Made by a program: the position numbers and the translations under genes. This document shows, piece after piece, positions 18,188-28,309 of a DNA stretch of 64,000 nucleotides; position 1 is the stretch's first letter, and each line of letters opens with the position of its first letter. The notes beneath the pieces are model-generated. The model made no database searches, was not told the DNA's origin, and saw only the letters and a list, made by a program, of their open reading frames with translations. The stretch spans positions 1,152,001-1,216,000 of the forward strand of contig CAWIIB010000001.1 of assembly GCA_963836075.1 (NCBI GenBank). The letters are read 5' to 3'. This stretch comes from an uncultured Acidobacteriota bacterium. Its GTDB lineage: Bacteria; Acidobacteriota; JAQAZP01.

Positions 18188-19443
18188 CCATCCTCCTCGG
18201 TATCCTGGTGGTGCTGCTGGCCATCGCCGGCGTGCCGCTCTTCGTGGTCATCGCCACCAGCGCACTGGCCAGCTTTGCCATGGTGGAGTTGGACTCTTCG
18301 CTGGTGATCATCGAGATGTACCGCATGGCAAACATGCCGATCCTGATCAGCATCCCGCTCTTCGCCTTTTCCGGATACCTGATGGCCGAAAGCGGCAGCC
18401 CCAAACGGCTGCTGCGTGTCTCGCGGGCGCTGATGGGCTGGATGCCGGGCGGCCTGGCCCTGGTGGCCCTGGTCACCTGCGCCGCCTTCACCGCCCTCAC
18501 CGGCGCCTCGGGGGTGACCATAATCGCCCTCGGCGGCCTGCTCTACCCGGCCCTGATCGCCGAACGCTACAGCGAAAGGTTCTCCCTGGGCCTGATTACC
18601 ACCTCGGGCAGCCGGGGCCTGCTCTTCCCCCCCAGCATCCCGCTTATTCTCTACGCCATCGTCGCTTCGGTCAGTGTGGACGACATGTTTCGCGGCGGCC
18701 TGGTGCCCGGCATTCTGATGGTGGCCCTGATCGGGGTCTACGGCGTGTTCACCGGCGCCCGCGGCCGCACCGAGCGGACACCCTTCAACTGGAAGGAGGC
18801 CGGGGAAGCAATCTGGGAGGCCAAGTGGGAACTGCCCCTGCCGGTGATCGTGCTGGGCAGCATCTTCAGCGGCTGGCTGGCGGTGAGCGAGGCGGCGGCC
18901 CTCACCGCCTTTCTCGTCCTGCTGGTGGAGGTGGTGCTCTACCGTGACGTGAAATTGCGCGACCTGCCGCGCATCGTCCGCGAATGCATGGTGCTGGTGG
19001 GCGGGATCCTGATCATCCTCGGCGCAGCCCTGGCCTACACCAACTACCTCATCGACGCCGAAGTGCCCTTCCAGATCCTGGAAAGCATGCAGTCCCACGT
19101 CTCGGGGAAGATCATGTTCCTGCTGGTGCTCAACATCTTCCTGCTCGTCGTGGGGGCCATGCTCGACATCTTCTCCGCACTGGTCGTGGTGGTGCCGCTG
19201 ATCGCGCCCATCGCCCTGGAATATGGCGTCAACCCGGTGCACCTGGGAGTGATCTTTCTCACCAACCTGGAGATCGGCTACTCCACCCCCCCGGTGGGGC
19301 TGAACCTCTTCATCTCCAGTTTCCGCTTCAAGAAGCCCATCGTCCGCCTCTACCTCGCCGCCCTGCCCTTCCTCATCATTTCCATCCTCGGCCTGATCCT
19401 CATCACCTACTTCCCCCAGCTGACCCTCTGGCTGGTGGAATAA
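18184..19443 (+). CDS. dctM: TRAP large permease DctM
   Basis: IPLF, PPSIPLILY, TPPVGLNLF; ATG 18184 overlaps the dctQ stop. Confidence 0.92.
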   Translation: MTILLGILVVLLAIAGVPLFVVIATSALASFAMVELDSSLVIIEMYRMANMPILISIPLFAFSGYLMAESGSPKRLLRVSRALMGWMPGGLALVALVTCAAFTALTGASGVTIIALGGLLYPALIAERYSERFSLGLITTSGSRGLLFPPSIPLILYAIVASVSVDDMFRGGLVPGILMVALIGVYGVFTGARGRTERTPFNWKEAGEAIWEAKWELPLPVIVLGSIFSGWLAVSEAAALTAFLVLLVEVVLYRDVKLRDLPRIVRECMVLVGGILIILGAALAYTNYLIDAEVPFQILESMQSHVSGKIMFLLVLNIFLLVVGAMLDIFSALVVVVPLIAPIALEYGVNPVHLGVIFLTNLEIGYSTPPVGLNLFISSFRFKKPIVRLYLAALPFLIISILGLILITYFPQLTLWLVE

Positions 19444-19479
19444 GTAAAAGGAGGGACAGACACCTGTCCCCATAATTCG

Positions 19480-20853
19480 TTACTTTTCTTCCGGGAATTC
19501 GGGGGGGGTGCCGTTCTTGTCCGCCTCACGGACCAGGAGTTTCCTGAGGATCTGCTTGGCCCGATCGTATCGGACAAGACCTTCCTTCTCCATCTCCTTG
19601 GCCACCTTGATCGCCATCTCGCCCAGGGCACCGGCAAAGACGGCCACGTTGCGGGCATGGAGGGTCATGTGGCCACGCTGGATGCCCTCGGTGGCCAGGG
19701 ACCAGAGGGCGGCGAAGTTCTGCAGCAGACCGGCGCTGGCCGCCAGCTGGGCCAGTTCGCGGGAGGAGGAGACGTTGAGAATCTTGAGCAGGATTTCCAC
19801 GCCAGGATGGATACCGGTGACCCCACCAATGATGCCGACAGCCAGGGGGATCTCCAGTTCGCCGATCAGCTTGCCCTTGCCATCGAGGAAATATTTGCTC
19901 ACCGGCTTGTAGGTTCCGCTGCGGGCGGCATAGGCGTGCACCCCGGCTTCCACCGCCCGCCAGTCGTTGCCGGTGGCGATGAGCACTCCATCGATGCCGT
20001 TCATCACCCCCTTGTTGTGGGTGGCGGCACGGTACGGGTCGGCATCGGCGAAATGGTAGGCCTTGACGATGCGCTCGGCGGCCTCCTGGCCGCTGTACTT
20101 GCCGCGGGCCAGGGCATCGACGTTGATCGCCATTCGCGCCCGGGCCATCCGGCGGTCCGAGAGGTTGGAGACGATGCGGCAGACCGCTTCCCCGCCGGCC
20201 AGCTCGGCCACGATGGGCTCGAGCGTTTCGGCCATGGTGTTGACCACGTTGGCCCCCATGGCGTCGCGGGTATCCACCAGCAGGTGGACGATCACCATCG
20301 GCCCGCTGAGCGAATCGATGATCCGCACCTCGATGTCCCGCGCCCCGCCGTTCAGCCCCACCAGCACCGGGTCGTTGCTGTTGGCCAGCGAGAGCAGGTC
20401 GTCCTTTTTGTCCAGGATGGCCGCCTTCGCCGCTTCGGGGTCCGGGATGTCTACGATCTGGATCTGGGCGATCATCACCGGATCGCTGGCTTCGGCGGTC
20501 AGTTTCCCCTGGTCGCGGATCAGACGGGCGGCATTGCTCGCAGCGGCGATCACCGAGGTCTCCTCGATGGCCATGGGAACGATGTAGTCCTTGTCGTTGA
20601 TCTGGAAATTGACCGCCAGTCCCAGGGGCAGGCCGAAGACCCCCACCGCATTTTCGACCATCAGGTCCGCCAGCTCGGGAGTGAGGGTCTCCTGCTTGAG
20701 CATCCACTTCTGCTTGGCGGTGAGAGTGGTCCACTTGTCGAGGGCGTCGAGGCGGTCGGTGACATTGAGCTTGAAAAAGCCCGGGTAGCGCGAGCACTTA
20801 CCGTTTTTCCTCGCTTCGCCAAACGCAGGATCTTTTTTGTGTACGGCACTCAT
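19480..20853 (-). CDS. mvaA: class II HMG-CoA reductase
   Basis: MVENAVG, PMAIEETSVIAAAS, DAMGAN, ATHNKGVMNG, TGNDWRA, EGIQRGHMTLH. Confidence 0.93.
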   Translation of the reverse strand: MSAVHKKDPAFGEARKNGKCSRYPGFFKLNVTDRLDALDKWTTLTAKQKWMLKQETLTPELADLMVENAVGVFGLPLGLAVNFQINDKDYIVPMAIEETSVIAAASNAARLIRDQGKLTAEASDPVMIAQIQIVDIPDPEAAKAAILDKKDDLLSLANSNDPVLVGLNGGARDIEVRIIDSLSGPMVIVHLLVDTRDAMGANVVNTMAETLEPIVAELAGGEAVCRIVSNLSDRRMARARMAINVDALARGKYSGQEAAERIVKAYHFADADPYRAATHNKGVMNGIDGVLIATGNDWRAVEAGVHAYAARSGTYKPVSKYFLDGKGKLIGELEIPLAVGIIGGVTGIHPGVEILLKILNVSSSRELAQLAASAGLLQNFAALWSLATEGIQRGHMTLHARNVAVFAGALGEMAIKVAKEMEKEGLVRYDRAKQILRKLLVREADKNGTPPEFPEEK

Positions 20854-20951
20854 CGGACCTGGTTTTCCTCTTTGTAACAGTGATGGATCAGGATAGGGTT
20901 TTCACCGGTCGGCGTCAAGAAGAAGGAGCCCAACATCCAAACAAGTGTCTT

Positions 20952-21665
20952 TTATTCAACAGCTTGTTCGGCCGGCCCAGGGTGGCCGTTCCGCTCCAGG
21001 AGGTCAAGGATGGCAGGAAAACCGCCCGAATCACAGACCAGATCGGCCCTCTCCGCCAGCTCCTCGTGGCGCGGGTTGACGGCCACGGCAAGACCGGCGC
21101 GGCCAAAGAGATCGAGGTCGTCCCGGCTGTCGCCCACCGCCATTGTCTCTTCCGGCTGGACGCGGTACCGCTCCTGGATCAACTGGAGCACCCGCCCCTT
21201 GCCGCCGATGGGCACCACCACGTCCACCTGCCCGGTGATCAACCCGTCGCGGATCACCAGCCGGTTGGCAAAGACCTGATCGACGCCAAGTTCCAGGCGC
21301 GCCCGGTCGGTCATCACCGTGAGGCCCGACGAGATCACCGCCAGCCGCAGCCCCAGCTCCTCCTTCATCCGCCTCAGGCACTCCGCTACGCCGGGCAGGA
21401 AATTGACCTCGGCGGTGATCTGCTGGAGACGTTCCAGCGACATGCCGGCCCAGTGGCCGGCATCGAGGCGGGCAAACTCCTCATAGCTGATCTCTCCACG
21501 GCGAAACTGCTCCTGGTGCACCGAGGCCTCGCCCTCCCAGATGCCCAGACGCTCGTGGTAGTATTGCCAGCTGCTGACGCAGTCGGTCAGAGTGCCGTCC
21601 ATGTCGAAAACGGCCAGTTTATATGTCGGAGGCGCCGCTTCGGCCTCCACGCCGGATGTCCGCAT
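20952..21665 (-). CDS. HAD-IB phosphatase (phosphoserine phosphatase-like)
   Basis: FDMDGTL, ISSG, K, VGDSRDD; real start MRTSG at 21665 (the track ORF is over-extended). Confidence 0.88.
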   Translation of the reverse strand: MRTSGVEAEAAPPTYKLAVFDMDGTLTDCVSSWQYYHERLGIWEGEASVHQEQFRRGEISYEEFARLDAGHWAGMSLERLQQITAEVNFLPGVAECLRRMKEELGLRLAVISSGLTVMTDRARLELGVDQVFANRLVIRDGLITGQVDVVVPIGGKGRVLQLIQERYRVQPEETMAVGDSRDDLDLFGRAGLAVAVNPRHEELAERADLVCDSGGFPAILDLLERNGHPGPAEQAVE

Positions 21666-21779
21666 CTCTTTGCGCCCTCCCCGGGGCCTGGGATAAAATC
21701 GCTCGATTTCAAGCACCGGAGTATACCTGCTGACCGAGTTTTCCGCCATAGTGACCGAACCGATCCGAGGAACCCGGCC

Positions 21780-24215
21780 GTGACACTGCGCCTGGACAGC
21801 GAGGCCCGCACCCTGGAAGTGAGTGTGGGTGATCTGGTGCTGGGGGACCCCCTGCTCCGCACCCGCGGGGCGGCCGGCCGCACTCTGCCGGACCGCATGG
21901 CCATGGGCAGTCGGGCACACCAGAACGTGCAGCAGACGCGGGCCGGGCGAATCCCGGGATACGAGAGCGAGATCCAGGTGCGGCGGGAATTCAAGGTCTC
22001 CGGCTGGACGGTGACCGTCCAGGGCCGGGTGGACGGCCGTCACCGCGACGAAAACGGGTTCCAGGTGGTGGAGGAGATCAAATCGGTGACCTTCCCCCCG
22101 TCCCGGTTCACTGTTGACGGGATAAAGCCCAGAAGCGATCACCTGTTGCAGCTGGAAATTTACTGTGCCCTGCTGTCCGAGGGGGACGAGGAGGTACGGG
22201 GACTGCTGATCCTCTACAACCTCGCCGACGGAGCCACCCTGGAGCTGCCGGTGGATCAGGACATGGCGGAGACCGGGAGCCGGCTGGAAGCCCGTCTGGA
22301 AGGGCTGCTCCACCGGGTGGTGGAACAGCGGCAACGGCTGGAAGACCGCACGACCTGGGCCGGCCGCCTTGTCTTCCCCTTCCCGGCCATGCGCCCGGGC
22401 CAGGACGAGCTGTCCGCGGCAATGACCGGCGCCTGGGAAAAGGGCCACGACATCCTCGCTGCGGCGCCGGCGGGCACTGGCAAAACCGCTGCCGCCATCT
22501 GGGCTGCCCTGCAGCACGCCCTGGCCAACCGGCTGGGACTCTTCTTCGTCACCGCCAAGACCACCCAGCAGAAGCTGGCGGCCGAGACCCTCGAAAAGGT
22601 GGCCGCCTCCTCGAATATCCCGCTGCGCAGCCTGGTGTTGCGGGCCAAGGACGCCATGTGTCTGTGCGAGACGCGGATCTGCCACGAGGAGGTCTGCCCC
22701 CACATTCGCGACTACCCGGAGAAGGCGGCACGGAGCGACATCTATCGCCGCCTGCTGGACCGGCCGCTGGCCGAGCCGGACCGCATCCGGGAACTGGCCT
22801 CCGCGGCCGGCATCTGCCCCTTCGAGGTCTCTCTCGATTTGTGCGGGATGGTGGATGCGGTGGTCTGCGACTACAACTACGTCTTCGACCCGGCGGTGGC
22901 CCTGCGGCAGTTCAGCGAAGGGGCGAACCGGGAGACGCTGCTGGTGATCGACGAGGCCCACAACCTCCTGGAGCGGGGTCGCGACTACTATTCCCCGTCC
23001 CTCGAACGGAACGATCTGGCCGCCCTGTTTCCCTTCCTCGCCGCGGGCGGCAGCCGCTCGCACCGCCGTCTGGAAAGCCTTTTTGCCGAACTGGAAGCCC
23101 TGGTGGAGGACGTGAGCCGCAACGCGGGGGACGATAACAGCGGCCCATTGGAGACCCTGGTGCAATTCGACCCGGCGCCCTTCGCCGCGCTCCGGGAACG
23201 GCTGGACAGTGCCCTGGTGCTCTACCTGCTGGAGAACCAGTCCCGGGGCGGAACCGCGCCGGACGACCCGGTGTTACGCTTTTCCGCCGACTTCGGACGC
23301 TTTGCCGGCGCCGCCCTGCTGGATGGCGATGAGCTGGTGAACATCTTCCGCCGGCGCGAGGACCAGAGTGAGGAACTGAAGATCCTCTGCCTCGACCCGG
23401 GTCGGCAACTGGGCCGCCGCATCCGCAGTTTCGGCGGCACCGCGGCCATGTCCGCCACGCTCCAGCCGGCGTCCTACTACCGCCAGGTGCTGGGTTTCCG
23501 CAAAACAAAAACCGACACCGCCTCCTTCCCTTCCCCGTTCCCCGCCCAGAACCGGCTGGCCCTGGTTGTACCATCGGTATCCACCCTCTACCGCGACCGT
23601 CCCGCCAACTACGACCCCATCGCCAGGATCATCGAGCGGGCGGTGCGCCTGCACCCCTCGAACCACCTGGTCTTCTTCCCCAGTTTCGCCTTTCTCCGCC
23701 AGGTGGCGCGGCGTCTCGACACCTCGGGGTTCACGGTGATCCGGCAGGAGCCGGAAATGAACCTCCGCCAGCGGGCGGAGGTCCTCGACGCGCTGGCCGC
23801 GGGGGGTGCGCCGCACCTGGTGCTGGCGGTGCAGGGGGGGATCTTTGCCGAGGGGGTGGACTATCCGGGCGAGATGGCCGCCGGCGTGATCGTGGTGGGA
23901 CCGGGCCTGCCCCAGGTCTGCTTCGAGCGCGAACTGATCAAGCGGCACTTCCAGCAGACCGATGGCAAGGGCTTCGAGTTCGCCTACCTCTACCCGGGTA
24001 TGAACCGCGCCGTCCAGGCCGCGGGCCGGCTGATCCGCACTCCCGAGGACCGGGGGGTGATCCTGCTGCTGGGCCGCCGCTTCGCTTCGGCCCGTTACGC
24101 GGATCTCTTTCCCGCCCACTGGTTTGACATTTCCCCCCGGGAGATGATCCAGAGGGACTGGCCACGACTGATTGAACATTTCTGGGCCGACCCCCATCTC
24201 GATTTCGGGGAATAA
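21780..24215 (+). CDS. PD-(D/E)xK nuclease-fused DinG/Rad3 Fe-S helicase
   Basis: GRVDG..EEIKS..QLEIY nuclease motifs; APAGTGKT, four Cys (CLC..C..CPH..CPF), DEAHNL, SATL, EGVD, QAAGRLIR; GTG start after GAGG. Confidence 0.88.
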   Translation: MTLRLDSEARTLEVSVGDLVLGDPLLRTRGAAGRTLPDRMAMGSRAHQNVQQTRAGRIPGYESEIQVRREFKVSGWTVTVQGRVDGRHRDENGFQVVEEIKSVTFPPSRFTVDGIKPRSDHLLQLEIYCALLSEGDEEVRGLLILYNLADGATLELPVDQDMAETGSRLEARLEGLLHRVVEQRQRLEDRTTWAGRLVFPFPAMRPGQDELSAAMTGAWEKGHDILAAAPAGTGKTAAAIWAALQHALANRLGLFFVTAKTTQQKLAAETLEKVAASSNIPLRSLVLRAKDAMCLCETRICHEEVCPHIRDYPEKAARSDIYRRLLDRPLAEPDRIRELASAAGICPFEVSLDLCGMVDAVVCDYNYVFDPAVALRQFSEGANRETLLVIDEAHNLLERGRDYYSPSLERNDLAALFPFLAAGGSRSHRRLESLFAELEALVEDVSRNAGDDNSGPLETLVQFDPAPFAALRERLDSALVLYLLENQSRGGTAPDDPVLRFSADFGRFAGAALLDGDELVNIFRRREDQSEELKILCLDPGRQLGRRIRSFGGTAAMSATLQPASYYRQVLGFRKTKTDTASFPSPFPAQNRLALVVPSVSTLYRDRPANYDPIARIIERAVRLHPSNHLVFFPSFAFLRQVARRLDTSGFTVIRQEPEMNLRQRAEVLDALAAGGAPHLVLAVQGGIFAEGVDYPGEMAAGVIVVGPGLPQVCFERELIKRHFQQTDGKGFEFAYLYPGMNRAVQAAGRLIRTPEDRGVILLLGRRFASARYADLFPAHWFDISPREMIQRDWPRLIEHFWADPHLDFGE

Positions 24216-24272
24216 ACAAAATCTTCATTTGCCTGGCACTTCTTTTCAGTCTATATTTCAAGTAGTGGATAT

Positions 24273-24803
24273 GTGGCAATGGAACGGACCGGCCGCAGGA
24301 GAGTGACCGTGCGAAGACAACTGCTATTTCCTCTGATCGTCCTGACACTGGTGCTGTTCTGCCCGGCCGACAGTCCGGCCCAGGATTCGGAAGCCACCTA
24401 TGAGAAGCGGGTGCTCTTCGAGCCGCTGCAAGTCCCATCGGCTGCATCCCGCGACGATGGCCCGACCCTCTTTGCCCCGGCCCTCTTCCGGCCGCCGGTA
24501 CCCTGGCTCAAGCTCGACGACCGCTACGAGAGTTTTGTCGGGAACGTGGAAATCCAGACGGAACTGGAGGAAATGGAAAAACTCTTCCTCAATCCCTACG
24601 CCGGCCTGGGAACTGAACTGACCACGGGCATCCAGACCGAGATCGGTGCCCATGGCGAGGTGTTTCGCTACTACGAATTTGCCGGGGGGAAATTCGAGTT
24701 CTCCACTTCGGCCGGTCCTTACGGCCAGCCGGGGACCTGGGCCGGCGGCTACGACTACGACTCCTGGCTCGGCAACACCAACCGCGGAACCGACGACCGC
24801 TGA
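24273..24803 (+). CDS. hypothetical secreted protein
   Basis: Signal-like LLFPLIVLTLVLFCPADSPAQ, acidic mature part; fills the gap between genes. Confidence 0.6.
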   Translation: MAMERTGRRRVTVRRQLLFPLIVLTLVLFCPADSPAQDSEATYEKRVLFEPLQVPSAASRDDGPTLFAPALFRPPVPWLKLDDRYESFVGNVEIQTELEEMEKLFLNPYAGLGTELTTGIQTEIGAHGEVFRYYEFAGGKFEFSTSAGPYGQPGTWAGGYDYDSWLGNTNRGTDDR

Positions 24804-24811
24804 GCGCCCGC

Positions 24812-26086
24812 TCACCGGCCCTCCCCGGTCAACACCCCGTCCCGCCGCTTTCGTTCCTCGCCTTCCCGCCCGGCCAACAGGTCACGCAACCGGTTCAGCA
24901 TATCCACCGGGGCAGCAGAAAAACCGCCGGCGGCCACCACGGCCTCCACCGCTGACGCTGCTTCGGGCGCGTACCAGCGGACGCCCTCCAGCAGTCGCTC
25001 CTCGTCACTCTCCGCCCGTTCCTTCTGTCGCAGGCGGAGGAAGCGGAGCAGGCGCAGCCCGTCGAACCGTTCATGGCAGGCACGGACAAAGGACGTTTCC
25101 GTGGGATGGTTGGCCCGCAGCGGCGCCCAGGGGTCCTCATCGCCGAAAAGTTCAGCACAATAGGGCGTCAGGGTCGTCTGCACGGTTTCCCGGTGCATTT
25201 CGGGAAAGCGCTCGACCGTTTGGGCCGCCTCGCGGAAGGACTCCGCGGCGTAAATCGGGTAGCGGTGCCATTGCCCCTGACGCCCGGCGATCATCGCCGG
25301 CCCGGTGCCGAAGAGCACCCGGTCCGAGTAGCGGGCCGCCGGCCGCACCGGGCTCTCGCACCAGAGAAGCAACGGACCGAACTTGCGCAGTTTCTGCAGG
25401 AAGTAAAAATCCTCCCCGCTGGCCCGGGGGCTCATCCCGCCCACCCGGCGGCAGGCGCCCACCGGTACGGCCAGGGCCGAGCCCAGCGCGGTGTAGGCCC
25501 AGGGGGATCCGGTGCGCAGCAGGCAGAGCAGGTAGTGGCGCAAGTAGAACTCGTAGCGCAGGATGTCCCGTGACGGGTCCGCACCGGACAGCGTTTCAGT
25601 GGTGTGCCGTTCCGGGCCGGATCGCGGTATCGGGTGGTAGTAGGGAGCGGAGAGGCCCACCGCACCGCGGGCCAGGGAAAGACGCCGGCGAACAGACTGG
25701 AGGTAGTCGGGCTCCACCAGGGTATCGGCGTCGAGGCTGACCAGCAGGTCCCGGTCATCCGCCGAGGCGAGAACGTGGTCGAAAAGGATCTTGCGCGCCC
25801 AGCCCACTCCCCCCCGGCCTTCCGGCCAGCCCATGCCGGGGCTGCTGCGGTCGATGATGGTGAGACGGGGTTCGTCCAGCGTTGCCAACCAGGTGAGGGT
25901 GGCCTGATTCCGCTGGAACACCGGGTGCCGCTCGGGATCGTCACGCCAGGCCTCGGGCTGGTTGACGCAGACCCAGACCCGGATATCAGTGACCGTCTGG
26001 GCACCCAGGTTTTCAAAGCAGGCCGGCAGCCGCCGCAGTTCGTCGATCACCGGGATGGCGACGTGGATGACGGGGGCAGCCATCAC
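24812..26086 (-). CDS. GT-A fold (family 2-like) glycosyltransferase
   Basis: VAIPV, GVGWARK, SLDADT (DxD), GEDFYFLQKL. Confidence 0.75.
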   Translation of the reverse strand: MMAAPVIHVAIPVIDELRRLPACFENLGAQTVTDIRVWVCVNQPEAWRDDPERHPVFQRNQATLTWLATLDEPRLTIIDRSSPGMGWPEGRGGVGWARKILFDHVLASADDRDLLVSLDADTLVEPDYLQSVRRRLSLARGAVGLSAPYYHPIPRSGPERHTTETLSGADPSRDILRYEFYLRHYLLCLLRTGSPWAYTALGSALAVPVGACRRVGGMSPRASGEDFYFLQKLRKFGPLLLWCESPVRPAARYSDRVLFGTGPAMIAGRQGQWHRYPIYAAESFREAAQTVERFPEMHRETVQTTLTPYCAELFGDEDPWAPLRANHPTETSFVRACHERFDGLRLLRFLRLRQKERAESDEERLLEGVRWYAPEAASAVEAVVAAGGFSAAPVDMLNRLRDLLAGREGEERKRRDGVLTGEGR

Positions 26087-26953
26087 GGCCTCTCGGCAAT
26101 GTTCACGCTGATTTTTATTTGCCCTCCCGTCAGCTGGACCAGCCCGAAGCGGCCGGCATAATCGCGGAACACCAGGCGGTTCCCCTCCCGCCGCAGCAGA
26201 TCCAGTGTCGGGTCGAGCAGTTCAGCCAGGTGGGCGTATGCCGCGGCCGCCTCCTTCACCGTCGGATAGTCGACCCGGATCCGGGTCACGGGGTACTTGC
26301 CCTCCTCGGTCCGGTAGTCCGCGGCCACGCCGAAGAGCTCTCCCCCCAACTGCAGCACGTCCCCCGGGCCGAAGGTGAACAGCGTCTGCAGCGAATATTC
26401 GCCGCGGATCAATCGCTCGGAACCGGCCACCCGCCCCTCGGCGGGCAGCGCGGCGAAGGGGTCCCCGGTAGTCTGCGCCCGGGATAACCTCCAGCAATTT
26501 GCCGGCCAGGCCGGCCATGGTCGGGCGCAGCGTCCGGTCGCCGCTGAAACTATTGACCAGCACGAAGCAGTCCCCGCGCAGCACGGTGGCCTGGAACCGG
26601 TTGGATGAGTTCCGCGTGAGAATCTCCGTCCAGGGGGTCTCCTCACCGCACTTGAAGAGGTAGATGGCCAGGGCGGCCCGGGGGCTCTCCATGCGGTAGA
26701 CCTCGACGGCGATCTCCCGCTCGCCGTTGCGATAGGGCTGGACCAGCAACTCCTTGAATCCCAGTTCAAGGAACAGTTCGGCGCCGCCGTTGATGTGGCC
26801 GTAGAGATCGGCGGCGGTGAACCGGCGCAGCGCACCCTCCCGCTCCCATCCGGGAACGGCGCCGCTTTCAGGCATGATCGAATTGGCGGCGCCCACAGGG
26901 ATGGACAGGGCCAGCACCAGTAAAAGGACGGCGGCCAGGGAACGCTTGATCAT
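26083..26953 (-). pseudogene. secreted DUF6599-like protein split by a +1 frameshift near 26470
   Basis: Signal peptide plus LYGHINGGAELFLELGF..VEVYRM in one frame; protein-like continuation GDPFAALPAEGRVAGSERLIRG in the next frame, ending in a stop that overlaps the next start. Confidence 0.7.
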
Positions 26954-26955
26954 CT

Positions 26956-28182
26956 TCAGGCCTTCAGATGCTCGATCTTCCCCGGATCGGCCACGCCAAG
27001 CCCCAGCTTTTCACCGTAGCGCAGATACTCGGTGTACTTGGGGTGCTCGTTGACCTTGACCTTCATCGCCTTCCGTTTCTCCACCAGCAGGTCGTGGCAG
27101 ACCAGGTCGAGGGCAAAGGGGTCGGTGGCCATGAACAGCCGGTCATACTGCCAGGTGAACTTGGCCGCCGGCATGGGCCCGCCGTCATACTGGCCGCGCA
27201 GCCCGTCGGTGATGTTGAGCACCAGCTTGTCCCGGATGGCCGGGAAGGCCAGCACCTCGGTGCAGACGTCGAAGAACAGGGGCTGGTGCAGGCGGCCGGT
27301 GTTGCACACCGCGCCATAGCCGAGATTCTTGGTCGCCATGGAGATCCCGTTTCCGGTGTTCTTGAACACCGGGACGTTGATGATCTTGGTCAGCTTTCTG
27401 GTCAACAGGGTTCCGAAGTAGGAGTGCTTGTCGTTGACCACGTGCTGGTTGAGATACATCTCGTCCTTCGGCCCGTCCACGTCGGCCCAGTAAAAGACCT
27501 TGTCGTCGAAGTTGCCACGGCTGAGATGACGGCCCTTCTTGTCCAGCCACTTGCCGCTGTCCCCTTTTTCGGGGTCGTACGACTCGTCCATGGTCTGCAG
27601 CCCCTCCAGGCCCAGCCCGGGGTAGCGCTCGGGGGTGAACCCGGCGTCGGCCAGCATGTAGTCGAAACGGTCCCAGATGATGATGTTCTTCGGTTTGATG
27701 CCACCGGCCTTGAGCCAGGCCACCACCGCGTCCACCACCTCGAGGCGGGTGCTGATCAAACCCGGTCCCACCGGGTTGACCTTGATCCCCACCACGTCAG
27801 AGGCTTCGAAGAAGAGGGGGAAACTCGCCTTGAGGTCCTTGCCGGTGAGGCCCTTGATCCCCCTTTCGAACATCGCCTGCACCACGACCGGCACCGGCTG
27901 GTCCTCGGCCATCGATTTCGTGTCGTGCACTTCCACAACTTTACCGGGGAAGCGGCCGGGCAGCGAGTGCTCCGTCCGCGGGATCTTCATCGCGTCATCG
28001 ATATTCGTTTTTGTCCGCGGCGGCGGTGTCCGTTCGGCCTTCTTCTCTTCCTCGGCCCAGACCGGGGGCCGCCCGAGAACAAGCCCTGCCCCGAGAACCG
28101 CCCCCATGCCGCCCAGGCGGAAGAAGTCACGGCGGCTAACCTGATCTCTCGATTCCATTGACCGATATGCCCTGAATTTCAT
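26956..28182 (-). CDS. Tat-exported DUF362 domain protein
   Basis: SRRDFFR twin-arginine signal, VGIKVN, INVPVFK, ATKNL, TDPFALD. Confidence 0.8.
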   Translation of the reverse strand: MKFRAYRSMESRDQVSRRDFFRLGGMGAVLGAGLVLGRPPVWAEEEKKAERTPPPRTKTNIDDAMKIPRTEHSLPGRFPGKVVEVHDTKSMAEDQPVPVVVQAMFERGIKGLTGKDLKASFPLFFEASDVVGIKVNPVGPGLISTRLEVVDAVVAWLKAGGIKPKNIIIWDRFDYMLADAGFTPERYPGLGLEGLQTMDESYDPEKGDSGKWLDKKGRHLSRGNFDDKVFYWADVDGPKDEMYLNQHVVNDKHSYFGTLLTRKLTKIINVPVFKNTGNGISMATKNLGYGAVCNTGRLHQPLFFDVCTEVLAFPAIRDKLVLNITDGLRGQYDGGPMPAAKFTWQYDRLFMATDPFALDLVCHDLLVEKRKAMKVKVNEHPKYTEYLRYGEKLGLGVADPGKIEHLKA

Positions 28183-28309
28183 GACCCGCTCCTCGCTAAT
28201 CTCGGTGTGAACTCCAGTTTCGGGAAAAGTATACACCAAGTATGCAGCCGCCCGTCCGGGCATTCAGCCATCGGCCCCGGCATGATAAGATCGGAGACGG
28301 GAGGTCACG

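Noticed and set aside
19453-19471. REP element (GGGACAGACACCTGTCCC)
   Set aside because: Single copy in the window with no RAYT transposase; it may simply be a terminator between convergent genes.
17614-19473. Long antisense ORFs (also 32408-34333, 59697-61331, 6760-7692 and others)
   Set aside because: Shadow frames typical of high-GC coding DNA, lying opposite well-supported genes and without motifs.
21780-22350. cas4 gene
   Set aside because: No Cas4 Fe-S cysteine pattern in this domain, no cas1/cas2, and it is fused to a helicase.
20880-23165. 1111-aa and 737-aa overlapping ORFs as real long proteins
   Set aside because: These are antisense extensions; the real genes are the divergent HAD (20952-21665) and helicase (21780-24215).
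24233-24250. sigma54 promoter (TGGCAC...)
   Set aside because: The -12 element reads TTCA, not TTGC.
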